64,000 nt of DNA from Elsinoe ampelina (lineage: Eukaryota), in the NCBI GenBank assembly GCA_010093995.1, contig ML992504.1:1330885-1394884 (forward strand). The letters are read 5' to 3'. Below the pieces are notes generated by a model. The model saw only the letters and a program-made list of their open reading frames with translations, was not told the origin of the DNA and did not search any database. Shown here piece by piece: positions 35,244 to 47,314 of the stretch (positions are counted from its first letter, which is position 1; every line of letters begins with the position of its first letter). Position numbers and translations under genes: made by a program.

Positions 35244-37041
35244 CTAGCCCTCTCTGCCAGTCACAGCTCGAAATGCCAGCATCTCGGTCCTCCTCGCATA
35301 CAGGCTCATGCTATGCATAGCCGCCTCCCCAAATATCACCCCCCTCAGCATCTCGTCCGTGACCGCGCACGCCTCAACCATGTGATCTCCTGTTCCCACA
35401 GAACCAGGCTTCTCTCTCAGCAGTACCAATCTTCCGGCACAGCTTAGTTGAGCTGGGGGCACATTCCAGACCGGCTTCACAAGCGGACGAGGTGGTTCCG
35501 CCTGCCCTGATGCTCGTAGGTCGGCCATGCTCTTCACCACCTTTAGCAGCCCCTTTGCGCACTTCTTCTTCCCCTTCTCATCGTCTTTCTTGCCTTTTTC
35601 CATTTTGCCACTCTTCCTTGGATAATCAGACTCGGCCGGCCGTGGCGCGGGTACAGAAGCCAACCATAACCTAGCCAAACTTGCCACGTACTCTTTGCTG
35701 GCTCTGACAACAGGATCACCCTGGTTGATGACGCCGAAAAAGCACCACTTCCTGTATCGCTCGAAGTTTGGCTTCGTCAAAGGTAGCAAGCTGACCGGAG
35801 GAGCGCCGAATGTGACACAATGTACGCGTCGGAACACATTGGTAAGTATAGTGAGTTCGCTCTCAACAGATTGCGATAGCATGTGGGCGTATAGAAGAGC
35901 AGCGACAGCACCACCTGCAGAATGACCAGTAATCAACAAAGAGGAATTGCATCTGCTTGGATCTTGCTCCAAGAGTTGGCGGAGGCGTGCGGCGACAGGT
36001 CGAACCATGCTTCGAGCCACAGACAGGAAGCCCGAGTGGCAGTAATTCTCGGCGTCATCGAGAAATCCAGATGGCGAAGCAGGCGCCGGACGGAAATTGA
36101 CAGCCCAGTCTGCGAATGAGGAGGAGCCACGAATAGCGAAGATCAGCGTGTTCTGGTTGTCAACCGGTATAGACTTAAGGACCATGGCTTTGGTACCAGT
36201 GAGAAAGGAGGCAGGGATGTGTGATTCCGTTTCGGACCCGGACGGCGAGGAATGAGAAGGTGGAGAATATGCTGACAACGAGTAGCGAGCAGCTATGGAC
36301 AGCAGTCGATACGTCTCCATGTAAGCACGAAATGGCATCAGATCACGCGGCAGGCGTGAATTTCCGTAATTATAAACCTTTGAAGACACATTCTCTCGGG
36401 CAGTCGCATCTGGAACTATCTCGTCAAGCTGGAGTGAAGTGTTGTTCTGGTGTGAGGTCCTAGGAGCGTCCTGGTAATAAGCATAAGTATTTGTCGAACC
36501 AATGCCTGAAATCATTAGCTCAAGACACGGCGGTGTGATTGGCTCATGTACCTCGACTCCTAGATAGATTCGTGCTGAGATCCAATGTAGATGCAGCTCT
36601 GTCGATTGCAGTGCAAATGTCATCATAGAAGAGCGACCCCTCCCTGACGGTCTCGGCAGGAAGGGGATCATTGGTCCTGACTGGTGGGGAATGACTCGGT
36701 ACAGCAAGCACTGGTGCTCGTTCCGGTATCACGGGTTGACGGAGATGTAGATCTGTTCGTGATGGCGGAGGGGTCGCAACCGAAACATTCGATCTTGAAT
36801 AGTCAGGTGACCGGTGTATCTTGTGGGACTTATGACGACTGTCATAACGATCGTCCTTTGACGACTTCTTCGCACCAGACCTGTGGCGACGTCGTTCATC
36901 CTTGATGTCCTCGATAATGAGAGGCTTCGGTGGCATAGGGCGATGATGTAACGTTTGTAATGCCGTGTAGGGTGGTGGCGGTTGGTACGAGGAGTCTGAC
37001 ACGCACAGAATCGAATCTCCTGGGTTCCGGTATGTGGCCAT
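35244..37041 (-). CDS. Class 3 lipase-domain protein with a long N-terminal low-complexity region
   Basis: FAIRGS...DW..N, HSGFL, LLITGHSAGGAVA nucleophile elbow, CVTFGAPP, DPVVR, HSM..Y; one intron about 36551..36507 joins ORFs 36544..37041 and 35244..36707. Confidence 0.82.
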
Positions 37042-37855
37042 GTTTGCTAGGTAGTCTGAGATCGGTGGTTGGAAAGTGGCCGTTCGAGATGCTATCCCTA
37101 CCTATGGGCTTCAGGGACCATGAAGCGATCCGATGGTATACAAATTATGTCAGAGTCCAAGTCAGAAAGCTGCCCGTACTCTGAGTGAGATCTGATAGCT
37201 AGGCAAACGTTCATGCTGTAATTTGTGGATATCGGGGGCGCTCATGCAGGAACGAAGGACTGAGGTTCAAGTGCGAGTCCTGGGCCACGGGCTCTGATGC
37301 GAGCTCACCCACTTCTGCCCGCTCTGGAACTGACAAAGGCAGTTTTTCCGATCGGATGTGCAGGAACTAGACATGTGTGCCATGGCAGTGGAAAGAGTGT
37401 CGAGAGCTCGTGGTTGGACGACGGGGCTGAGCCACAGGCGCCAATGCAATGCCACGCAACCAACTCAGCACTGATTCGTGGACGTCGCGGCAACGGAGAC
37501 ATCCATGTCGACAGTGCATCGGACCATGGCCGCGATTCTTTGTGAAAGAATACGGTAGCCTACAGGGATGTAAAGCTTGCTTCTCAAAGAAGATGCTTGT
37601 AGTTTCGTCTTTTATTTCGATACTGGTACTGGCTCCACATGAACACCAAGGCGAAAACAAAGCAACAGTGATGAAGTGTTCCGACACGCGATAAAGGTAT
37701 GATATGTTGAATGGATTTTATCAGTACTTCCTCGCGATCCAGTGGCTGTAGTATAATCCGTCCATTGCCGCGCCACCATGATCCCTGCATTCGAGTATCC
37801 CAAAATAGCTACATTTCATGACCTCACTACAATGTCGATTCTCATCATCATCTTC

Positions 37856-40800
37856 TCAATCCTTGACCTTTGACTGACGCTTTGCCGTGCCGATGTGGGT
37901 ATTGTGTACCTGCAGAGCAAAGTTAGCGGACTTCTATTGGGAATGCTCAAGGTAAATGTCTGATCCCGATGATCCATACCTTTGTTGCAAACTTCAAGCT
38001 TGTCAATGTTTCGCCAAGATGAGCTTGCAGTGGACTGATCATGACGAACATGAGCGTCTTGCTGTTACCACCGAGCGAGTATTGAAGAAGGTAGGTCAAC
38101 TGAGAACGTTAGTCAGGAGTAGTGACAGACCGTCGAAGTTCTAACCTTGCTGTTGCGGTAAGGCACATGTCCACCCTCCTTACCTTGTCCGAGGGCACTG
38201 ATGACATCACCGAGACAGCTCAAGGACTTGTTGATGTGCTGAGTCTCCTTCATTCGGTCTCCTGTAGCTCCAGAATGGCTCAGACGCTCACTGCCGGCCA
38301 AGTCGACCAGATTGAGGGTGCCTTCGGATCGCTCGCCGGTAATGCTGTTCTCTCCGGTAAGCTTTAGGATGAAGACGGAGTGACTTCGTGATGATCGAGA
38401 ATTGGCCTTGGTTGCTGCAACGCTTCGATTCCGTCCAGCCTTCTCAAGAATGCTGTTGACCCTACTGGGTGAGTCGAGAGGGACTGTGTTGACGTCCGTG
38501 ACGATAGTTCTGAGCTTGATTGGATCATGCTTGATTTCGTGCTTCTTCTTCTCCCAGTCTTCCGCCTTGCCAAGAAGATCGTTGAGTGTCTCGTTGTAGA
38601 CCTCGATGAAGCTGCCTTCCATAGAGTACCTCCAGCCCTTCTCCTCGAGACTCTTCGCAGTGTCGTATATCTGAGTAACTGCCCTCGGGATCATGCCGTC
38701 AATCGAGGACATGGTGTATGTCTTTCCGGACCCCGTCTGACCATAACAGAAGATGCAGACATTGTAGCCGTCAAGGGCACTCTGTACAAGCTGGCTAATC
38801 TCATCAAAGATCTCGGCATTCTGCGACTTTGGTGCAAAGACCCGATCGAATGTGAAAGCATGATTGCTGGTCGTCACATTGCCGAGAGCGCTCTTCTGCT
38901 CTGGCCCTTGAATGGCGACTTCCTTGCTGTCTGTCTCTGCATCTGGAAAGCCTATCCTTGCCTTGTCCTCAACGTCATTCTCAAGTGCTGGACGAACACG
39001 ACAGAAAACGCGAATGTTGCCCTTCAGCTCCTGGACCTGATTGTGAAGCTTTCGGCGAAGAGACTCCTCGGCCCTGAGTTTGGATTGTGCCTCCGCGGCA
39101 GTATCCAGAGCGTCTTGCATTTTTTGGTGGAGGTCTGCAAATGCTTGAGACTGTGCCTGATTGTCGGACTCGAGGAAGTCGATCTTGGCTTTGAGGGCTT
39201 TGCTGGTCGTCTCCAGTGTCAATGAATTCGTTGCAGCTTCTGCGAGCTTGTCTCGAAGATTGCTGATTTGGCTTGTGGCACCATCGAGTTTACTCTTGGT
39301 TTCGTCCAGCTCCCTGCGAAGAGCATCCAAATCCTTCTCGCGCCGTGTCTGATCGGTGTCGGCATTTTGTCGCTCAATTGCGTACTGTGTCGTGATATCC
39401 TGTATTTCGCGTAATCGCCGGCTCCGCTCCTCATCCAGCTCGGCCTTTAAAAGACGCTCTTGATCTGCCAGCTCGTCGCGTTTCTGTCGTTGCAACCTTT
39501 CAATCTCATCTTGGCTTTGCTTTCGCAGTCGATCTTTCTCGTCCCATTCTTCCCGCCGTAATCGGTCGAGCTCTTTCCTGTGCCCTTCGTCTTTGTCCTC
39601 CACAAGATTACGATGCTTGCGTGTCAGCTCATCCATCTCGATACCATGACTCCTTCGTGAATCATCAAGTGCCAGACTCGTCGTCGAGAGCTTGACCTTG
39701 ACATCGGACAGTTCATCAGTCATGGCTTTGTTAGACGCATTCAATTGAAGTCGAATTTGCTCGAGCTCGTTGACTGCATATGGTCAGCCATATTCAATAG
39801 ATTGGTGTAGCTCTTACTTCTTGTCTTGTACAGCGTCAAGCTCTCCTCCAGCCCATTCTTCTCAAACGCAGCACTCTGGAATTGCGACTTGAGCTGAGCA
39901 TACAGCGACTCCATATCTTCGAGTCGGCCTTTGGTATCCCATGCTAGAACAGGAGTGTCAGAATCTTTGGTCAAGTATATAGGCCTACCCGGTGTGCGCG
40001 GTAAAACACGATGCTTGGTGCGAGGAGACTTGAAGACTTGGGGTGACCTCTCCACCTTGGGTGTCTTAAATCTCCTCTGAGGAATCTTGGTAGGCGTTTC
40101 CGCTTCTTTCTTGGTTTGTTCATCGCAGGTAGAAAACACACTGCTCTGCATCGGACCTTTGCTTGTTCCCAAGCTTAGTCCTTGAAAGGCAGTGCTCAAA
40201 GAAACGCATCGTCTATCGGGTGCTGGAGTACGGATCGGTGACTCGCATCTTGTCGCAGCGCGCTTCGGAGGTAGATTTAGGGACATGCCCTCGGCCTCAG
40301 AAGCTGTACACTGCTCGTCGATGTTGCGTCCCTGCCGTAAAGCAGATAATGAGAATTTGGTCGTACCCTTTCTCTTCGCCGGAATGCCATTTGTGTCTGT
40401 GTCTTCCTCTCTTTCGTCCAGTGCGGTTGCTGGTCGTGTAGACGCAATGTCTTGCGATTGCGTTCGAGTATGTGACATTGACGTTTGAGGTCGGTAGTTG
40501 CCTGCGGCAGACTGTGATCGGGTGCATGAGCCAGTACTCGTATTCGAGCTATTCGAGACATTACGAGCTGTGTACCCATTCGACCTCGTGGAGTTGTTAA
40601 GCGCGACTGGTTTCGCCCCGGCTGTGACGTTCGCTCGGATTGACGCGCCCAGAGATCTGTTCGGTTGGGGGGTAGGAATGGCCTTGTGGTAGTCGCCTGC
40701 TTGTTTTACCAGGGTGATCCTCTTAGTTGCGGGCTGAGGCTCCGGCTCTGAAAGTGTGTTAGTCCTGTACGCAATCTCATGGTCAAGCTGACTTACGTCC

Positions 40801-41005
40801 AAAGGCCTTGTGTTTGAGCTGGGGAGGAGGCATGGATCTTGAGTTTGTGGCGGAATTGGACATTTCGTTCAGACCTCCCAGTGCTGGCAGTCGACTCGGT
40901 GGGCGCAATCGCGACCCTGTCAAGGTCTATATAGCTCCAATCAGTATATACTTCTTCAATAACGCTCCCAAGGTGCGATACCGTGTTCTCCTCGTTGTAC
41001 ATCAT
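37856..41005 (-). CDS. KAR3: Kinesin-14 minus-end motor (Kar3/KlpA)
   Basis: C-terminal motor: [59 protein letters not shown]; preceded by a coiled-coil stalk; multiple introns; last exon [12 protein letters not shown]. Confidence 0.95.
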
Positions 41006-41523
41006 GATGATGGCGATGTTTGGTCGTAACGCAAGATAGAATAGTCCGCATCTGAGTCAATGTGTACTTATGGCCGCCATGGAGCTCTGTTGAAGGAATC
41101 CATCTTTCTCCAGAACCCGTTGCTGGTCAAGATGGGAGAGATAAACAGACGAGGTCAACACAACGCTTTCACCCAAGCGAACCAATCGGGGCAGCCCGAG
41201 CACTAGCGGCAAAGTAATAACTCCGGGACCCACCGAGCTGACATTCACATGCTTCCAACTTTGCGCCGCAGGGTTCCCGTCGTCCTCGAAAAATGACGAG
41301 CCGTTGCGTCTGCCTGCAGCGTATTCCCGTCAACCTTCTCCATCCTTCTCCAAAGCTCTTGTAAAAGGTACTTCAGACCTGTCACGAGCTCCTATTCCGC
41401 CCACCACGCGAATTCGACGAGTACATTCATCATCTGCTTAAAGATGCGAGTTGCGCCGAGAATGCGCCGTTCTTGACACGCTTCTGTCCGACCTGATTAA
41501 ACACCGACAACCAGCTGCGCAAA

Positions 41524-42640
41524 ATGGAGAAATACGGCGCCTTTCGCGACAAAGGTATGAATTCTGCACAGTCATCACCTGCCGCGACACTTGCTAAGCC
41601 TCATCAGGTTCGGGAATAGCACCCTTCTTTCCAGTCCCGACCCAGCCATCTGGGATAGCTCTGCCATTTCACGCCTTTCTAGCGTTCATCCGGGTACCGC
41701 TTGTCATTAGCTTTAGTGTCACGTACTTTCTACTCTTCTCGTGGTTCCCCATCGGTTCCCTGGGCAAGAAGGCGGTACTATGGTGTATACTGGGAATACC
41801 GGGGATCTGGTGGGTGGATCTGCAAGTCGATGGCGTGAAACGAGGGTAGGTCTTGAATGCCCCGTCGTTCCCTATTGAAAGCTGACTGTCAGGAGCATGC
41901 TCGGTAAGAACAGCAGCCGTGTACCTCATCCAGGGTCTGTGATTGCGCCCTCCTTCACATCACCATTCGATGCGCTGTATCTGGCTGCCATCTTCGATCC
42001 TCTCTTCGCCAGGTCCTTTCCCGACACCCGGCAAGTTCAGCAGATAACTCTATGGCAAGCGATCTTTGACGCATTCTCTCTGACACCTAAGGACCCTCCG
42101 ATTGGAACACGACTGGTCGATCTTGCCACACTGCTACGCGAGAATCCTGACAGGATCATAGCAGTCTTCCCCGAATGTACTACGACAAATGGTCGTGGCA
42201 TTCTCCCTCTAAGTCCCTGCATCCTGACTGCTCCTGAGAAGACCAAGATCTTCCCCATCAGTCTAAAGTGGCAAGCCGCAGACATCACTACTCCAGTGCC
42301 AGGCTCTTACTTCACTTTCATCTGGAATCTCTGCTCAAAACCGACGCACACGGTTCGCGTTAGGATTGCAGAAGCAACCTACAACACATCGATATCCTTA
42401 CGAAAGGAGAAGCAGCCTCTACGGAGGAATTCCTACGAGACCAATTTTCTAGATGATCTTCATGCCAACGAGAAGAAGGTCAACGGCCACACAAAGGAAG
42501 ACGAAGGGCTCACCGAAGAAGAGAGAGCAGTCCTTGACAGGATCGGTGAGGCCCTAGCCAGACTGGGCAGGATCAAGCGAGTTGGTCTAGGCGTGGAAGA
42601 CAAGGCGCAATTCATCAAAGTCTGGAGCAAGAGAAGATGA
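41524..42640 (+). CDS. LOA1: Lysophosphatidic acid acyltransferase Loa1/Vps66-like
   Basis: MEKYGAFRDKG|SGIAPFF start, FTSPFDALYL, VFPECTTTNGRGIL acyltransferase motif; introns 41555..41607 and 41846..41892. Confidence 0.82.
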
Positions 42641-42856
42641 AGGCACTCAAACGTCACTGAGATTTACCATTTTGACTTGCGTCCAAGCGATATACGGAGG
42701 TGGATAAGACCAGATTTTTGTGTGAGCGAGGCCATGGGATACCCTAGAAAAGGCCGTTCAGCGATGAGAGCATATTTGTTTGCATGCAGTGAATGCAGAA
42801 CTGCCACATGAATCATGGTGAATATACACGTGCAGATGGTATCAATTAATCATCCA

Positions 42857-44029
42857 CTACAGCCCTCGTTTCCGCCGTCTCCTCCAATCCCTTCGTATCG
42901 ACCTCATTACACTTCCCACTCCCGCCCCGTCTATACTAAACGGATCCCCTCTCAGTACCTCTGGCGGCGCTCCAACCGGCACAGGTCTATCCTCTGGCGC
43001 CTCGGAAGGTGCCCCACCATCCCTCCTCTTCGGCTTGACCAATATCAGAATAAACATCCCCACCACCAATAGGACCAGAAGCAGGATTATCTTCCTCTTG
43101 GTCGACTTTTTCTGATACCCCGTCGCAACCGTTAACTCCTTATCCGCCTCCTTGACCTCCGTCGCCATCTTCTCGACATTATAATCAATCCGATCCAGCA
43201 TCGTCCCCTGATCAATGACCATAGTCTGCAAATCCTGAAAGATATTCGCCAGATCAATAATCCCCTGCGCAATCTGCTCAATCTCCCTCTCACGCTGCTG
43301 GATCGTCACATCCTGCAGCCCCTGACGCTGCTTCTGCTTCGTCTGCAAAATCGTGCCCTGCGCCGACGCCCGGTCCGTCTCCGTCTCCATCATACTCGGG
43401 TCCGTGTAGGGATTCTGTGGCATGGGCGTGCTGGCGCGGTCGAAGGGGGAGTCGATCCCGCCCAGCGCGCGCATTTTCTTGAGGTACGCGGATTGTTTCT
43501 TGCGGAACAGGGCGGAGATGTCGCCCACGCGGGTCGCGAGGGAGATTTTGAGGTTCATGGCCATGGTTTCTTCGGCGCGGGTGATGGTGGAGGTGCCTTG
43601 GGCTTCTTTCACCATGGCGTCGATTCGCTTGATGCTTTTCTGGCAGCTCTGGAAGCCGCGGGTGATGCCTTGTGTCATGCTCTCGATTTCGCGCTCTTCT
43701 TTCTTTTTGACGCTTTCGTCGTCGAAGCCTGGGAGGACGTGCTTTTGGTGGAGTTTCTCGAGGGTTGTCATGTTCTTTGTGATGTCGTCGAGCTTGTCGG
43801 AGACTTCGTCGCGGATGTCGAGCCAGCGAGGGGGTAGAAGGTCCATCTCGATTACTGCATCGCCGTCGTCGTCGAAGGGGCCGGCGGACATGAGGCCCTG
43901 GGTTTCTTCGTTGGGACCGCCATTCTCGCCAAAGGTACGGGAGGTTGGTGAGAACTTGGTCTTCTTTGCTGGATGGTGGGCATAGGATTGACGGTAGGAG
44001 ATGTAGAGATTGGTCCTGTCCCGCCACAT
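42857..44029 (-). CDS. TLG2: t-SNARE Tlg2/syntaxin-16
   Basis: MWRDRTNLYISYRQS N-peptide, LPPRW, HVLPGFDD, SNARE motif IFQDLQTMVIDQGTMLDRIDYNVE, C-terminal TM helix. Confidence 0.95.
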   Translation of the reverse strand: MWRDRTNLYISYRQSYAHHPAKKTKFSPTSRTFGENGGPNEETQGLMSAGPFDDDGDAVIEMDLLPPRWLDIRDEVSDKLDDITKNMTTLEKLHQKHVLPGFDDESVKKKEEREIESMTQGITRGFQSCQKSIKRIDAMVKEAQGTSTITRAEETMAMNLKISLATRVGDISALFRKKQSAYLKKMRALGGIDSPFDRASTPMPQNPYTDPSMMETETDRASAQGTILQTKQKQRQGLQDVTIQQREREIEQIAQGIIDLANIFQDLQTMVIDQGTMLDRIDYNVEKMATEVKEADKELTVATGYQKKSTKRKIILLLVLLVVGMFILILVKPKRRDGGAPSEAPEDRPVPVGAPPEVLRGDPFSIDGAGVGSVMRSIRRDWRRRRKRGL

Positions 44030-44379
44030 GGTGGCTCAATGGCCTTGGAGGCGCAAAGGGTGTATCAGTCTATCATTACTGGTGATTATGTTCCGGACGC
44101 CAGTCAATGATGGACCAGTCAAGCTCTTCAGATAATGGATTGTGCTTCGTAGGGACCCGTGTTGTGAGCTACCAAAGGTCGTCGTCACTGATCGTCCGTG
44201 CAGAAACGACGGAGCTGAAGCCGATCCTGCCAAGGCCATCGCACTCAGGCGTCAACAACCTTGAATGATCAACTGGTTTTCATTCCTACATAGACATCAC
44301 TCTTGCAAACTACGTACAAACTCTTTCGGACACTCAATCGAATACCCCGACCTCAAAAAATCTCTCTTCGAATCTTATC

Positions 44380-45178
44380 ATGGTCAGTATCGGAAGCTCA
44401 CCGCCCGAGCACATCGAATAAGCTCATAGCGGGGACTGACGTCTCATAGGCGGACTCATTGACTGAGGAGCAAGTCTCCGAGTTCAAGGAAGCCTTCTCC
44501 CTCTTCGTATGTTTTTGCGCATATCCGGCATATACTGAACAAGCTGCTGACCTCTCTCAAAGGACAAAGACGGCGATGGTAAGCACCCCTTTCGAGTCAA
44601 TGCAGCTCTCAGCCGTTGAGAGCTTCGCGTCGCGACCAAAGAGCGATACTGGACTTTTGGTGGCATTGAGTATAAGAGATTCTGACAGGGATGGTACAGG
44701 ACAAATCACCACGAAGGAGCTCGGCACTGTCATGCGATCTCTCGGCCAAAACCCTAGCGAATCCGAGTTGCAGGACATGATCAACGAGGTAGATGCAGAC
44801 AATAACGGCACGATCGATTTCCCTGGTAAGCGAGACTAGCCACGCAAAGGAGAACATGAGACTGAGCAGGTCGTACAGAGTTCCTTACGATGATGGCAAG
44901 AAAGATGAAGGACACCGATTCTGAGGAGGAAATCAGAGAAGCATTCAAGGTGTTCGATCGTGACAACAATGGCTTTATCAGCGCCGCCGAGCTTCGCCAT
45001 GTCATGACTTCTATCGGTGAGAAGTTGACCGACGATGAGGTCGACGAGATGATCCGAGAGGCTGACACCGATGGCGATGGAAGGATCGACTGTAAGAGGA
45101 ACGATACATTTCAGAGTCATAAAGGTGCTGACAAGACGTATAGACAACGAATTCGTCCAGTTGATGATGCAGAAGTAG
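44380..45178 (+). CDS. CMD1: Calmodulin (6 exons)
   Basis: Exons 44380-44382, 44450-44506, 44563-44578, 44700-44825, 44879-45091, 45144-45178 give [44 protein letters not shown]...[12 protein letters not shown]; four EF hands. Confidence 0.98.
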
Positions 45179-45777
45179 TCTTGCGCGAGCAGATAGTATC
45201 AAATAGTGAGCAATTGGCGTCCATCCAGGCGAGGGAACAGGTTCTCACTCAAGCTTACGGATTCTACGAAACCTGATATGGAAGAGGCCGCTTTCTTAAT
45301 CCCTAACGATCCTGAGTATCACATATTCGAGAATGAAGTGCCGAGAGAATTGGTCTTGCGGGCTGTCTGATCATGGGCATGTCCACGTCTCCATCACTGC
45401 CAACCCTTTCCAATTGCTCATCGGCTCGGTGCGAGCGGAATTGCCCTACCTCAACTACTCAAGGCCACTCACGTGTCCATGGTCGGAATCTCAATAGATC
45501 GTCTCGTGCACACGTGCACGCCCAGCCCTCAGGGTCGGCTAGACAAGCATTGGATAGATTCCGGCGTGTGCGATGAATGTGGGGGTGCACAATTCCAGGT
45601 GTTTGGTGGAATGGCTGAAAGCGGGGCAACATACACATCGTCCTTCACCCAAATGCCCTCGGAGATTGCTTCTCCTGTCCGACATTCAAGGACAACCAAT
45701 CGTTGAGCAATTGATTGGGTTGATTTTGACAATCTTCTTTCCTGTTTGACGCGAACGAAATTTAAGGCAAGTCGAAC

Positions 45778-46499
45778 ATGGCTGCTCCCGCTAGGCGTCT
45801 AGGTATGCACGATCTCTCTGCCACAACCGTCATGGCTCGAGCATCGACTGACGTCTGAACAGTGAGGCCTGCACTATTGTACCACCGCCATCCTTTTGAA
45901 CAGAACAACCATTGACATAACGCAGTATCTGTGATCTTCAGGAAAAGTTCAGACCTGCCATCTATGAATATGCAAAGGTCATCTCCACCACACAGAAGAT
46001 GCTCAAGGCGAGCCAGATCCTGGACATTCCCGTCTTCGCCACGACACAGCTCAAAGGCAAGCTGGGAGAGACATGCAGCGAGCTAGGCCTTGATGCCCCA
46101 GACGGGGTGCAAACTACTATTCACGCCGACAAGTCAAAGTTTTCGATGATCGTGCCAGAACTCCAGAAGGCCTTTGAAGCCCTCGGACCAGAGAAGAAAG
46201 AAGTAATCATTCTCGGTATTGAAAGCCACATCTGCGTAACTCAAACGACCCTGGATCTACTTCGAGAAGGGCACAAAGTTTATGTCCTTGCCGATGGCGT
46301 GTCAAGTTGCAATAGGGAGGAAGTGCCTATAGCCCTCGCCAGGCTTAGGGCTGAAGGCGCTGTAGTGACCACTTCGGAGAGCTTCCTCTACGAGCTGATG
46401 GGCGACGCCGGGATTGCAGAGTTCAAGGGAATCGCTGGATTGGTGAAAGAGTACAATGGTAAGACGAAGGAAAGTCTGCAAGCGCTGTGCAAGATATAG
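45778..46499 (+). CDS. Isochorismatase domain-containing protein (ISOC/YcaC-like)
   Basis: Exons 45778-45802, 45863-45878 (16 nt) and 45926-46499 give PALFICDLQEKFRPAIY, KSKFSM, LGIESHICVTQTTLDL, VLADGVSS, TTSESFLYEL. Confidence 0.9.
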
Positions 46500-47314
46500 G
46501 TACCTCAGGAATGTAGATATCAAATTGCTGCATTGGTGGTGGACAGGGGAAGAAAGCCGCCGCCGGACCCTTGTCACATTTTAGTTTTTGTCACGGCCAT
46601 GTCATGCAGCGGCCCCGCCGTCTGTCCTGCCGCATAAGTGGCACAAGTTCCTCGAGTCCACGAGCTGTGACTACTAGACGAAGACTCACTCAGGAAGTTT
46701 ACAGGCGAGTGACAGAGTCGGCCAGATAAAAACCAGAATGAGAAGGTGATCAGATCCCGAATCACAGTGCCCGGCCAGAGTTCAGAGCTCCCGGCGGAAC
46801 ACGAAGATCCCTTGATCGTTTTTGGCCGTAGTCTGGGTTTCAGAACGTGTGTATCATCACAAACTTCTACGTAACCCATTGATCAGTGACGGCAGCTTCA
46901 ACATTGTCGAGTTTGTCCAAGCGTTGGCCAACGCGGCAGGAACCCTTTGTTCCACCACCCATTCGACTTCCACACCCATCTCGCCCAGCTGCCTACCGAC
47001 CGCGTCTGCTGCCGACCGCGCATCAAAGACAGGCAGAGGAAGACTCGTCCGCCCATCCCCCACCAAACGACCATCCAGTAATCCTGAGTGTGGGGCGACT
47101 CTTTCCCTGTCTTACCTCTCTCCTGCGTTGGACACCGGCACATCGCAGAATCCTGGCCCATCAAACGACGTCCGTTGACATTATTTGACCTTTCGACCAC
47201 TTCTCGTTCACTGTCAAACCCTCCTGCTTCATCGCTGCCGATGCTACAGACATGATCGCTCCCCACCCACGGCTTCATCAAGATACTGTCCGGTAGGATC
47301 AGTGGTTGCAAAAA

